Origin: Squalus acanthias
Lineage: Eukaryota
Length of the DNA stretch: 64,000 nt
Direction of reading: 5' to 3'
Assembly (NCBI GenBank): GCA_030390025.1
Contig: CM059432.1
Location: 5,022,001 to 5,086,000, forward strand
Shown here: positions 12,775-25,489 of the stretch, piece by piece
Position numbering within the stretch: the stretch's first letter is position 1
How the letters are laid out: each line of letters opens with the position of its first letter
Made by a program: the position numbers and the translations under genes
Notes under the pieces: model-generated
What the model was told of the DNA's origin: nothing
The model's database searches: none
The model's input: the letters and a program-made list of their open reading frames with translations, nothing else

Positions 12775-14170
12775 TAAACATACGAACAATGACTGACAGG
12801 TAAAGACCCTCTGGTCCACCCAGCCTGTCCCACATAACTGCGATACCTTGTGTATCACAATATATACACTCCCCACCCCACCCGAAACCAGGTGATCTCC
12901 TGGGAGAGGCGAAAAACCAGATAAAAAACAAAGGCCAATTAGAGAAAAAAAAATCTGGAAAATTCCTCTCCGACCCATCTAGGCGATCGAAACCAGTCCA
13001 GATCATCACTCTGGCCCTGAATTCCCTGCAGTACCTACCTTCTGTAAGAGGTGATCTCCACCCCAGCCAGAAACAGGTCCAGCTCTCGCTTGAAGGAATT
13101 CAGTGAATCAGCATTCACTGCTTCAGAGGGCAGCATGTTCCAGAGGGCCACTATTCTCTGGGAAAAGAACCACCTCCTGACATCTAACCTAGATCTAAGC
13201 CTTATACAATTTAAATTTGTGACCCCTAGTCCTGCCTAACCAGTTTAATTGAAATAAATTGTCAGTTGGAACACAATCAATTCCCTTCATTACCTTATAA
13301 ACCTCAATCAGATCCCCCCTAAGCCTACACTTCTCTAAGGTCTAGAGTCCCAACTCTTGTAGCCTATCTTGATAACGAAGATGTTTAGACTGGGAATTAT
13401 TCTAGTGGCTCCTCCTCTGCACCCTCTCCAAAGCCTCAATGTCACCCACCATGTGCAGAGACCAAAACTGGACACAGTATTCCAAGTGCAGCCTGACTGC
13501 GGTCATGTACAATGACAAAATAGTATGCCTCGTCTTGTACTCAATTGTCCTGTGAATACACCCCAACACCCTATTTGCTCTAGCTATCGCTTCACGGCAT
13601 TGCACATGTACCTTTAAGGATGTATGCACTAGAATGCCCAAATCTCTATCTCCACCATCCTTAATGCCTTTCCCTGAGGGTGTATGAATGTTGAACATTT
13701 CCCTGCCCACATGCATAACACTGCACTTATCAAAGTTATACATCATTTTCCAGTCTTGAGCCCAATCTCCCAACACATTAAGATCTGCCTGAAGCAGACG
13801 AGCATCATCTACAGTCCTAACATTTCCACAGATTGTGTCCCCAACACCGACATCCAGATCATTAATAAAAATAGTAAAGTGCAACGGTCCCAACACCGAC
13901 CCCTGCGGGACACCACTGGTGACTGGTCTCCAAACAGATCCAAATCCATCTATAACTACTTTTTGCCTACATCCCGTCAGCCAGTTCTGAATCCAGCTCA
14001 ATATATTACCACTAATACCAGAAGCTTTGATCTTGTATAGAAGCTTATGCGGTACCTTAGCAAAAGCATTTTTTTGGAAATCTAAGTAGACAATGTCTAC
14101 TGGACCTCCCTCATCCACCAACTTTGCAACTTCTCCAAAAAATAGAATTAGATTTGTAAGACATGACCAG
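12775..14170 (-). mobile_element. CR1 LINE, RT to 3' end (distinct subfamily)
   Basis: [30 protein letters not shown]. Confidence 0.88.
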
Positions 14171-14926
14171 GAAGATTCAAGGCCTTGGGGGAGTAAGTTA
14201 TGAATAAAGGTTCAAGCTACTAAGAATTTAATTTTGCCAAAGAAAAATTGACTGAAGGGGGACATGATGCATGTATTCAAAATAATGAAAGATATAGAGG
14301 AGGTTGACATAAACAAGCTTGGCTAACAAGCATGGGACCAGAGCAGGGGCATCCAAACTGTGGTCCAAGCCATGACAATCCAGCCCTTGAAGTGCAGGCA
14401 ACTCGATCTTATTTGCACTTCTACTTCTTACTCACTCAGTTGTCCTGCCTGGATGTTGCACGCCTGGAGGCTTGGAAAGCAGCGCGCCTTCAATGGACAA
14501 AACCCAAATCACAAACCAAGATGTATAGACCTCATCAACCTCGATATATGCAAGTTAATGGGAGCATCGATTTAAACTCGAATGCCTCACAGGCTCAATG
14601 AAGACAAAGAAACTAGGCACTTCTGGATTAGAGGACACGGTGCAAAATTCAAAAGCCTCGAGCAAGGTTGGGGATTAGAAAAACCATCTTGAGGGGCCAG
14701 CAAACACAAGCCTCGCTGCTCTGCCGGATCCAAACCCACCAACATTTCCTTTCCAGCTGTGATTGGGGAATTAAACTAAGTGAATTTCAATGGAAATCTG
14801 GAAGTACATTTACGATGAAATAGACTGTGTGCAGTAGGTGGAAAATATCAGAGAAATTAAGCAGAGTAAGTTTAAGAGCGAACAAACAAAGCGACAGGAA
14901 AATGTAGAGTGCGACAGACAGACACA

Positions 14927-17900
14927 CTTTTTTTTTTAAAGATTCATTCCTGGGATGTGGGAGTCACTGGCAAGGCCAGCATTTATTGCCCATCCCTAAC
15001 TGCCCTTGAGAAGGTGGTGGTGAGCCGCCTTCTTGAACCACTGCAATCAGTGTGGTGAAGGTACTCCCACAGTGCTGTTAGGAAGGGAGTTCCAGGATTT
15101 TGACCCAGCAACGATGAAGGAACGGCAATATATTTCCAAGTCAGGATGGTGTGTGACTTGGAGGGGAACTTGGAGGTGATTGTGTTCCAAGGCGCCTGCT
15201 GCCCATGTCCTTCTAAGTGGGAGAGGTCACGGTTTTGGGTGGCGCTGTCGAAGAAGCCTTGGCGAGTTGCTGCAGTGCATCTTGTAGATGGTACACACTG
15301 CAGCCACGGTGCGCCGGTGGTGGAGGGAGTGAATGTTTAAGGTGGTGGATGGGGTGCCAATCAAGCGAGCTGCTTTGTCCTGGATGATGTCGAGCTTCTT
15401 AAGTGTTGTTGGAGCTGCACTCATCCAGGCAAGTGGAGAGTATTCCATCACACTCCTAATTTGTGCCTTGTAGATGGTGGAAAGGCTTTAGGGAATCAGG
15501 AGTCACCACTGAATACCAGCCTGACCTGCTCATGTAGCCACATGTGGCTGGTCCAATTAAGTTTCTGGTCAATGGTGACCCCCAGGATGTTGATGGTGGG
15601 GGATTCGGCAATGGTAATGCCTTTGAATGTCAAGGGGCGTTGGTTAGACTCCTCTTGTTGCAGATAGTCATTGCCTGGCACTTGTGTGGCACCAATGTTA
15701 CTTGCCACTCATCAGCACAAGCCTGAATGTTGTCCAGATCTTGCTGCATGCGGACATGGACGGCTTCATTATCTGGGGAGTTGCGAATGGAACTGAACAC
15801 TGTGCAGTCATCAGCGAACATTCTCACTTCTGACCTCATGATGGAGGTGGTCATTGATGAAGCAGCTGAAGATGGTTGGGCCCAGGACCTCCCTGAGGAA
15901 CTCCTGGGGTGGAGATGATTGACCTCCAACAACCACGACCATCTTGCTTTGTGCTAGGTATGACTCCAGCCAGTGGAGAGTTTTCCCCAATTCTCACTGA
16001 CTTCAATTTTACTAGGGCTCCTTGATGCCACACTCGGTCAAATGCTGCCTTGATGTCAAGGGCAGTCACTCTCACCCCACCTCTGGAATTCAGCTCCTTT
16101 GTCCATGTTTGGACCAAAGCTGTAATGAGGTCTGGAGCCGTGTGGTCCTGGCGGAACCTGAACTGAGCATCGGTGAGCAGGTTATTGGTGAGTAAGTGCC
16201 GCTTGATAGCACTGTCGATGACACCTTCCATCACTTTGCTGATAATTGAGAGTAGACTGATGGGGCGGTAATTGGCCGGATTGGATTTGTCCTGCTTTTT
16301 GTGGACAGGACATACCTGGGCAGTTTTCCACATTGTCGGGTAGATGCCAGTGTTGTAGCTGTACTGGAATAGCTTGGCTAGAGGCACGGCTAGTTCTGGA
16401 GCGCAAGTCTTCAGCACGACAGCTGGGATGTTGTTGGGTCCATACCCTTTGCTGTATCCAGTGTGCTCAGCCGTTTCTTGATATCACGTGAAGTGAATCG
16501 AATTGGCTGAAGACTGGCTTCTGTAATGGTGGGGACGTCAGGAGGAGGCCGATATGGATCATCCACTCGGCACTTCTGGCTGAAGATGGTTGCAAACGCT
16601 TCAGCCTTGTCTTTTGCACTCGTGTGCTGGGCTCCGCCATCATTGAGGATGGGGATATTCATGGAGCCTCCTCCTCCCCCCGTTAGTTGTCTAAATGTCC
16701 ATCACCATCCACAGCAGGACTGCAGAGCTTTGATCTGATCCGTTGATTGCGGGATCGTTTAGTTCTGTCTATAGCATGCTGCTTTTGCTTTTTAGTATAC
16801 ATGTAGTCCTGTGTTGCAGCTTCCCCAGGTTGGCACCTCATTTTTAGGTAAGCCTGGTGCTGCTCCTGGCATGCTCGTCTGCACTCCTCATTGAACCAGG
16901 GTTGGTCCCCTGGCTTGATGGTAATGGTAGAGTGTGAGGGATATGCCGGGCCATGAGGTTACAGATTGTGGTGGAGTATAATTCTGTTGCTTCTGATGGC
17001 CCACAGCGCCTCATGGATGTCCAGTTTTGAGCTGCTAGATCTGTTCTATCCCATTTAGCACGGTGGTAACAGAAGAACATAAGAAATAGGAGCAGGAATA
17101 GGCCACTTGGCCCCTTGAGCTTGCTCCGCCATTCAATAAGATCATGGCTGAACTTGGGCTCAAAGCCACTTCCCTGCCCGCTCCCCATAACCCTTCACTC
17201 CCTTATCTTGCAAAAATCTGTATCTCCACCTTAAATGTATTTAATGATCCAGCCTCCACGGCTCTCTGCGGCAGAGAATTCCACAGATTTATGACCCTCT
17301 GAGGGAAAAAGTTCCTCCTCATCTCAGTTCTAAAAGGGCGACCCTTTATTCTGAAACTATGCCTCGGAGTTCTAGATTTCCCCACAAGGGGAAACATCCT
17401 CTCTGCATCTACTTTGTCGAGCCCCCTCAGTATCTTATATGTTTCAATAAGATCACCTCTCATTCTTCTAAATTCCAATGAGTATAGGCCCAACCTGTTC
17501 AACCTTTCTTCATAAGTCAACCCCCTCATCTCAGGAATCAACCGAGTGAATCGTCTCTGAACTGCCTCCAATGGAAGTATATCCTTCCTTAAATAAGGAG
17601 ACCAAAACTGTATGCAGTACTCAAGGTGTGGTCTCACCAATACCCTGTACAGTTGTAGCAGGACTTCCCTGCTTTTATACTCCAACCCCCTTGCAATAAA
17701 GGTCAACATTCCATTTGCCTTTTTGATTGCTTGGTGGTAGTGCCACACAACACGATGGAGGGGGCCCTCAGTGTGAAGATGGGTCTTCGCTTCACAAGGA
17801 CTGTGCGGTGGTCACTGCTACCAATGCTGTCATGGACAGATGTATCTGCGACAGGTAGATTGGCGAGGACAAGGTCAAGTAAGTTTTTCCCCTTGTGTTG

Positions 17901-18775
17901 GGGTTCTCTCCAGCTGCCGCAGGCCCAGTCTGGCAGCTACATCCGTTCGGACTCGGCCAGTCGTGGTGCTACCAAGCCACTCTTGGTGATGGATATTGAA
18001 GTCCCCCACCCAGAGTACATACTGTGCCTTTGTGCTTCTTCCAAGGGGTGTTCAACATAAAGGAGTACCGATTCATCAGCTGAGGGAGGGCGGTAGGTGG
18101 TAATCAGCAGGAGGTATCCTTACCCAGGAGCCTGAAGCCATGAGATTTCATGGGGTCTGGAGTCAATGTTGAGGACTCCCAGGGCCACTCCCTCCCGTAT
18201 ACCAATGTGCCGCCGCCTCTGGTGGGTCTGTCCTGCTGGTCTGTCAGGATGGTGATCGAGTAGTCTGGGACATTGGCTGAAAGGTATGATTCTGTGAGTA
18301 TTCTGTGAGGCTGTTGCGTGACAGATCTCCCAATTTTGACAGTCCCTAGATGTTAGCGAGGAGGACTTTGCAGGGTCGAAGTCGTGTCCAAAGTCGGTGC
18401 CGAGGACGATGGTTTTATTCTTATTATTGTTTTCTGTAGCAGTTTGTTACAACTGATTGGCTTGCTAGGCCATTTCAGAAAGGCAGTTAAGAGTCAACCA
18501 CATTGCTGTGGGTCTGGAGTCACATATAGGCCAGACCGGGTAAGGACTGCGGATTTCCTCCCCTAAAGGGCAGATGTTTTTTTTTTTTTTTTTTTTAACG
18601 ACAATCCAATAGTTTCGTGGTCACCATTACGGATACTAGCTTTTTATTCCAGATTTAATTAATTGAATTTAAATTCCCCAACTGCCGTGGTGGGATTTGA
18701 ACTCATGTCTCTGGATCATTAGTCCAGGCCTCTGGATTACTAGTCCAGTAACATAACCACTATGCCACCATACCC
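14927..18775 (-). mobile_element. Full-length copy of the single-ORF LINE with tRNA-like 5' head (contains CR1 insertion)
   Basis: Collinear with 5620..8740; box A TGGCATAGTGG 18757..18767, box B-like AGTTCAAATCC 18693..18703; poly-A tail near 14927. Confidence 0.9.
17069..17732 (-). mobile_element. 5'-truncated CR1 nested in the LINE, 7-bp TSD GGTGGTA
   Basis: ORF 17203..17748 [22 protein letters not shown] at 17062..17068 and 17733..17739. Confidence 0.9.
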
Positions 18776-19397
18776 ATATGACAGGCATTTCAACAGAAAA
18801 GAGGGAAAGGTAGACTGAGGGAGTCCCAAGTAAGAAAAAGAGAAAGTGACTTAGAGCGATAGAAAAAAAACCCTCAAAGAGTGGAAGGTGAACAGAAAGG
18901 TCATGAGAGGGCCACGAAGAATCAGAGTGGAAGATGAGCAGGGTCATAGTTACATGGGGAGAGAATCTTTTTGGTCCATATCTAACGTCAGAGATTAATA
19001 CTTATTATTCATAAAAATATGAAAATACTGAGTAGATTACAAGGCAGCAATCTTAATTGGGGGCTTTGATAATAAACTGCTTGAGCTTTACTCTAGTTGT
19101 CATTGATGGCTTTATATAACAGCAGAGATTACTGCTTCATAACTGCTGCTGTGTTGCCATTATTCTTTTCGTAAATAGATAAAAATTGCTTACATTCAGC
19201 TTTGCGATAGTACATAGAGCAGCCTCTCCGATCTGTGTGATCATTGGAGAGGCTTTGATTTACATATTACAGCATTATTCATTCAATTCTGAAAATACCT
19301 GCCCTCACATCAGTCTCACTGGCATTAAGGGGCAGGTCTACAGGGAACCTTGGAGATCAGAATTCAAGATCAGTCCAGATCCCAGTATGAAGACACG

Positions 19398-19892
19398 TGA
19401 AATCACTTGCACGATAAAGGCAAAACTTCTCACCACAGAGGTCCCAAGATCTCTGGGTAGCTTTCTTCGGGGCCAGCGCGAACACCTTTGCTTTGTCGCT
19501 GACCGTAAAGAGCCAGAACCAGTTGGTTTCTCTGGCTTTCCCCAGCCGTGTTGCCTCCCATCAGTATCCAGGCCAGTCCTAAAGGAATGCCATCAGGATC
19601 ACTTGGAAGGTCACTCCTTGGAGGTTCACTGGTGGGAGAGTTGATCCTAAATGTCAGGATCAGGCTCCATAGTTTGTTAGAGGAGGGGTAAAGGTGTGTC
19701 TTCTTGCTTGTAATTTACTCTTCAAATCAATAGGGTTCACAACATTGAATGTTACGGGCCACAGATTTATTGGCCCGGAATTTGCGGTCAGCGACAAAGC
19801 AAAGGTGTTCGCGCTGGCCCCGAAGAAAGCTACCCAGAGATCTTGGGACCTCTGTGGTGAGAAGTTTTGCCTTTATCGTGCAAGTGATTTCA
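19398..19892. repeat. 112-bp inverted repeat (19398..19509 vs 19781..19892)
   Basis: Arms are reverse complements with one mismatch. Confidence 0.92.
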
Positions 19893-20401
19893 GTGCAGTA
19901 GAGTGGGGAATTCCCGCGCGTGATCTGCTATGACGTCAACAAGCTGTCTAAGCAGCCAATCACACTGCAGAATTCTCAGACAGGGAAGCAGGAAATGAGA
20001 AACTGCTTTTATCCCGGCTTGTTAGAGAGCAAAACAAAGATTGAGGCTCTCACATGGGGAAAAGGCAAGCCTGAAATAAAGTTGAACAAACTTTTAAAAA
20101 ACATTTTAAAAATGTTGTTCAACAAGGCCTAACATTTAATGTTTTTTTAAAAAAAAACAGCGGTATTACTGTGGAAAAGCCGAAGCTTTCGGTAGTTTCA
20201 CAGATTACACTGATTGCCGGCTCTGTGTGCGCAGTGGGGGGGTGCGGGGTGTCACAGCGCAGCCAGTGTCGGAGCAGTGACTGACTGACCGCAACTTCAG
20301 GATTTCCGCGTTTGGGTGTGCTACATCCTGAAGTTGAGGGCAGTTTTAAAGGGGTAATAGCGCTGTTAGTTCACCGTTATTACCCACCGCAAATTCCGGC
20401 C
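19772..20401. mobile_element. Non-autonomous DNA transposon (MITE), possibly PIF/Harbinger-like
   Basis: 14-bp perfect TIR CCGGAATTTGCGGT 19775..19788 / 20386..20399; no coding capacity. Confidence 0.65.
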
Positions 20402-21157
20402 GAAAAAGTATGCAGAATCTAAACATATTTTTCAGCAGTACTTACGACCGAAATATTGCGAGGTCAATGGAGGATTCAAACTCGTCACTGTTCCGCGCTA
20501 GTTATACAGGCTGCAGACCTTGGAATCCAAAGTATCTGTTCCAACACCCACTTTTTAATACCTTTTTGTTGCCTCTTCTACGTGCCAATCCACACGTTTC
20601 TGCATTACCTAATACAACTCCATATGAGGTGAATTTTAATGAGCTTCTTCCATTGTCCCTCAACAATAACTTTAGTTTTAACAAGTTCTTTTTCCATGGA
20701 CAACTGCCCAACTTTGTTAATTTTTCGATAGTTTCCATGCAAGACTGTTCGAACTGCAATAAATAGTATACTTAGAAAAAAAAGTGTTTACACATCATTT
20801 ACTCTAATCAACTGAATTATTACTAAGATAGCATTTCTCCTCTGTTTATTTCAAGGCAAAACAACCACATTTCCTGCCTTTACCACTATAAGATAGCTTG
20901 GTCCTGGCTGGAGCTCTCCAGCGCAAAAGATAATCCCGCCACCATTTTTTGCCTCTGCACTTCCAAGTGTTGTTAGTTATTCAATCAACATGCCTGGCGA
21001 CTAGAACAGGTAAAATGTGGAACGATCTTCCATAAAATGTCCCATTTCCAGCAGACTTCACCAGGACGAGTTGCGAAGTTGATTTCACTAAACTAATAAT
21101 TTGTGGGCTGGCATCAGAAAGAAATGACGATTGTTGTAGAGTCCCACTGGTTCATTA

Positions 21158-21292
21158 CAATGTTCCCTGTAAGCTGCTCGGTCCAGGGAACCCTGCGCAG
21201 CCGGCTTGCCAATACAAAAAACGCACATACGCAGCATTTTGTCGGGTTGCCAGCCCCTTAAAAGGGGCCACACAAAATTAGAGGGAACATTG
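21158..21292. mobile_element. hAT-like MITE
   Basis: TIR CAATGTTCCCT/AGGGAACATTG; 8-bp TSD gttcatta/gttcacta. Confidence 0.8.
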
Positions 21293-21829
21293 GTTCACTA
21301 ATGTTCTCCAAGGAATGGGGCCCGCCACCCAAACCCGTCCTAGCCTACAGACAACTGAGCCCAGGGAACTTGGGTGCATACTTAGTGTGTGCGGTCAGAG
21401 TTCCTGCTTGTAATTACCCAGCATAAAACTCTGCAGATCAGCAGCAGTGAGCACTGGTGTCCAACTAAGAAATTAACGAAAAGTCATCGATCTGAAACGT
21501 TAACTCTGTTTCTCTCTCTACAGATGCTGAGTATTTACAGCATTTTTTGTTTTTACCCCAGAATCCAATGACGGGTTGAAGATCACGGAACATTGCATGG
21601 CTGATTCTCGATGAAATGGCCTAGCAAATAACCTAGTTGTAAAAATTTGTATTTTATTTTTAAAAATGCTTGCCGTTGAGCATAAAAAGTCCGCCACTAT
21701 CTATTCAGGACATCGAGGAATGGCCAATGTCAGTTTGTCACATAAGAATCTGTCCCAGCACAGTGCAAGATTAACTGCCAGAAACACCAACTGTGAAACT
21801 GAATAGAAGGAAATGGCAAGCTTACTCAC

Positions 21830-21888
21830 CTGTTCGCTTCCCAGCACGATATCTGCAAATATATACCTTCTTTCTGTACATGAGGTAG
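21830..21888 (-). CDS. TRAPPC8: TRAPPC8 exon (ATSCTERRYIFADIVLGSEQ)
   Basis: tcttag| acceptor, CAG|gtgagt donor, 59 nt, phase 1 to 0. Confidence 0.92.
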
Positions 21889-22011
21889 CTAAGAAAGTGA
21901 AAAAATTAACATGATTCACCTTAATTCCACTGTCGTCACCATTACAAATGCTAGGTTATGTCAAGAAATTAAAAAAAAAATGCCTGCAAGCATCCAAATT
22001 TATCACCTCAC

Positions 22012-22080
22012 CTTCGGAATTTTGACATCTTGTTGCTCTAAAGCACAGTTTTGCCCTCTCCCGACTGCTGAGCTTTGCAT
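22012..22080 (-). CDS. TRAPPC8: TRAPPC8 exon (DAKLSSRERAKLCFRATRCQNSE)
   Basis: tttcag| acceptor, G|gtgagg donor, 69 nt, phase 1 to 1. Confidence 0.92.
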
Positions 22081-22271
22081 CTGAAACGCAGAAATTAAAA
22101 GGAAATGTTACCAGCACTAAATGTCTAATCTACTTTATTAAAGCAGCAATATTGCATTGCAAAATGTTCATGTTACGCTGCAAATCTATTCCGACTAAAT
22201 AAAAGTAGTCGCATGCTACAATGGAAAGCAAGTGCAGGCTTTTATTTAAAATAAAGGGTATGATAGAGTAC

Positions 22272-22576
22272 TGTCAGCCGTGGCTCCATGAGTAGCACCC
22301 TCGCCTCTGATGCCTGAAGGTTGAGAGTTCAAGTCCCACCCCAGCGACTTGAGCACAAAAATCGAGGCTGACACTCCAGTGCAGTGCTGAGGGAGTGCTG
22401 CACTGTTGGAGGTGCCGTCTTTCGGATGAGACGTCTGCTCTCTCAGGTGGACATAAAAGATCCCACTGCCACTATTTCGAAGAGGAGCAGGGGAGTTCTC
22501 CCCGGTGTCTTGGCCAATATTTATCTCTCAATCAACATCACTAAAAACAGATTATCTGGTCATCATCACATTGCTC
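22272..22576 (+). mobile_element. Deu-domain SINE, 3'-truncated
   Basis: gtcagccgtggctc...gttcaagtccc head and central domain. Confidence 0.82.
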
Positions 22577-23116
22577 TTTCAAACAGTCAGCACAGGCACG
22601 ACAGGCCGAATGGCCTCCTTCCGTTGTGATTTTCTATGAATCTATTCATGGAGTCGCTCCCGCCTCATCTCTGTAACCTTCCCCAGTCCTACAACCCTCG
22701 GAGCAATCTGCATTTTGTGTCTGATTGCTTCTGTGAAGTGCCTTGGGACGTTTTTCTTATGTTAAAGGTGCTTATATCAATGAATTTAATGAATGATTTG
22801 TTGTCCTCCTACAAACATACTCAACTTCCTAATCTTTAAAAGAAAAAGATTTTTCAGAATTAAAACAAACCCTGGTTTATGACAGAATAATGAAATAAAT
22901 ATAACCCATCATTCTACATGTATAAAATCACGTGACGCGATTTGGCACGTGCCCTCTAATCTGATTTATCTTTAGGTCCATTCTACATCAACATAGACAG
23001 GATATTTTCAACTTTAGTGCGTACAGGAGATGAGACACCTGCACTTACTACTGCGGTCACATTAGAATACAAAACAAGTAGAAAAGCAGGCAAAAAAAAA
23101 AAAATCACAAACAAAC

Positions 23117-23213
23117 CTTTATCCTCCGCAGGATTTATACATTTCTGCAGCCTCCAATGCTCGCTACCACTCGACACCTGAATTATGTGGAATTCCCTTA
23201 CACCTGCTTCACT
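23117..23213 (-). CDS. TRAPPC8: TRAPPC8 exon (SEAGVREFHIIQVSSGSEHWRLQKCINPAEDK)
   Basis: ttccag| acceptor, G|gtttgt donor, 97 nt, phase 0 to 1. Confidence 0.94.
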
Positions 23214-24903
23214 CTGGAAGATTAAGCCCATTGTTACTATGACACCTACATTGTATTCAGAAAATAAACAGCAGTTGTTCAGGCTAAGACAATCAAGTAG
23301 ATTTGTGAGATATATTTTCATTTTGCTGATCCATGTTTTGCATCCCTCGAAGGTTTGGGTTTTTTATCCCGGGTTTTCTCGTGTCTCATTAGGCAGCCCA
23401 CAATGGTGCCACGTGCACCTCTCCCCCTTAGAACGGTCTGTTGAACTGGTCAGTGTAAAAGTGCTCCCCTGATATTTTTGCTGTTTCTCGTGTCTTGCAG
23501 ATCAAGTTCCGAACGTGTTGCAGGTTTGTGCGCGCGTGTCCAGGGCAATGTTCCTTGTAAATTGCTTTTGCCTTGAAAAGTCGGCAAGCCGGCTGCGCAG
23601 GATCGCTGCAGCCCTGCATGGCTGCGCAGTGTACGGGGAACAGTGGTGCAGAGGGCATTTCCTGCCACGATACAGCCCGCACGAAGCTGAAAGTTAGGCA
23701 CATGCTGCCCCCACCCCGAAGATTAAAATATAAAAATCACGCATCTAGAACACATTTATAATTTTGTTTTAAAAAAAACCTTATGTTTGGAGCCCAAGAC
23801 TCAATTTAATGGCTTCTAAGGAGAAACATTCACTTTAACAGATTCCCACCCGCCGCCCACAAACAATGTGTTTAAATCTCAAATTGCAGCCGGTTTCTCC
23901 AGGGCAGATTCCATTGGGTTTTGGGCGGTGACTTGTTTTCCTGCTGCTCCCTTGCTGATGTGGTGACAGATGAGGAGCAACAGCAGAAAATCAAAACATT
24001 CCATATAAAATCAATACATTATATATAAAAATAAAAAAAAGTGAATGTACAACTTTAAAATGGGGACCTATTTCTGACCGAGTTCCCCGGACCTCCAACT
24101 CCACTTCACCTAAAGACTCCGTTCGCAACTCTACGATCGATCAAATAGTAATATATAAAAATAAAGGCACAAAACACTAAAACCCTTTACATGGAGCGTA
24201 CAGCACAGAAACAGGCCATTCGGCCCCCGACAGGTTTGTGCCGGTGTTTATGCTCCACACGATCCCCTACCACACCTCTTCATCTAACTATCAGCATATC
24301 CTTCTATTCCTTTCTCCCTCGTGTTTATCCAGCTTTCCCTTAAATGCATCTGTGCTATTCGCCTCAACTACTCCTTGTGGTAGCAAGTTCCAGGTTTTGT
24401 AGGATTTAAGTTCTGTTTTTAAAACCATTGGTCAATTGAATGGTGATTTATTATCGCCACTACCAGTGGGGGAACTTAATATTGCTAATGGTTTTCAGTA
24501 GAGTTTATGAAATGTGTCTAAATATCAGTATTATAATCACTATAAATGCTGGCTTGAACGATTATGGAACTAGCATCTGAAGTAAAGCAGTTTACTGGGA
24601 AAAGTTAAACAAAATGACCTTGTTAAGAATGCGCAATATTTCTTTGGACTTTACACGCACAAAACAGGGCTACAATTCCTGCTTTGGGAGGTAGTTTGTC
24701 CTCCAAATGAGATTAGTTTGCTTGGCATTGGTTTGGCAACGCTCCTGTGAAGCGCCTTGGGATGTTTTACTACGCTAAAGGTGCTACACAAATGAGAGTT
24801 GTTGTTGTATCCAAGGAAGCCACCATCAGATGATAAATTAACCAGAATTCTTTAATACATTGATGCTAATTGCAGCCTCTCCGTGCATGTATAAATAACT
24901 TAC

Positions 24904-25054
24904 CGTGTTAATATTCGCCACATCCAGAAACACCAGCAGATTATCACTGTCGCTCTTGCCTTCAGCTTCTAGGACATTGCTTCTGCACGCTGTTGCTCTC
25001 ACACTTAGAGAACGGCTGGTGCATATTATCGCTGTGTGTCTCAGCACTCGGTGA
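24904..25054 (-). CDS. TRAPPC8: TRAPPC8 exon (HRVLRHTAIICTSRSLSVRATACRS...VANINT)
   Basis: caacag| acceptor, ACG|gtaagt donor, 151 nt, phase 2 to 0. Confidence 0.95.
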
Positions 25055-25489
25055 CTGTTGGAAGACAGACAGATATTTCACTAATGGACTTTCATTTGAA
25101 GATACACTGTGCACAACAGTAAAATTACGTAGAGTCTTGTAGTATGTCCACGTGCGGCAAGCTGCATTACATAGAATTTGCAGCACAGAAACCGGCCATT
25201 CGGCCCAACTGGTCTGTGCCGGTGTTTATACTCCACGCAAGCCTCCTCCACCCTACGTCATCTCACCGTATCTGCATCTCCTTCTATTCCTTTCTCCCTC
25301 ATGTGTTTATCTAGCTTCCCCTTAAATGCATCTGTGCCATTCGCCTCAACAACTCCATGTGGCAGCGAGTTCAAAGGTGCAGATCACTGTGTTCAGCAGC
25401 CTGGTTTAACATTTAAAATTAATTCTGTCATTACCTCCAGCCATGCAAATATGAGTGGACCAGATACATGCTGAGGTGCTGCTACACAA

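Noticed and set aside
14905..18790. TSD around the full-length tRNA-headed LINE
   Set aside because: Only weak similarity (gacagaca vs gacaggca); not convincing.
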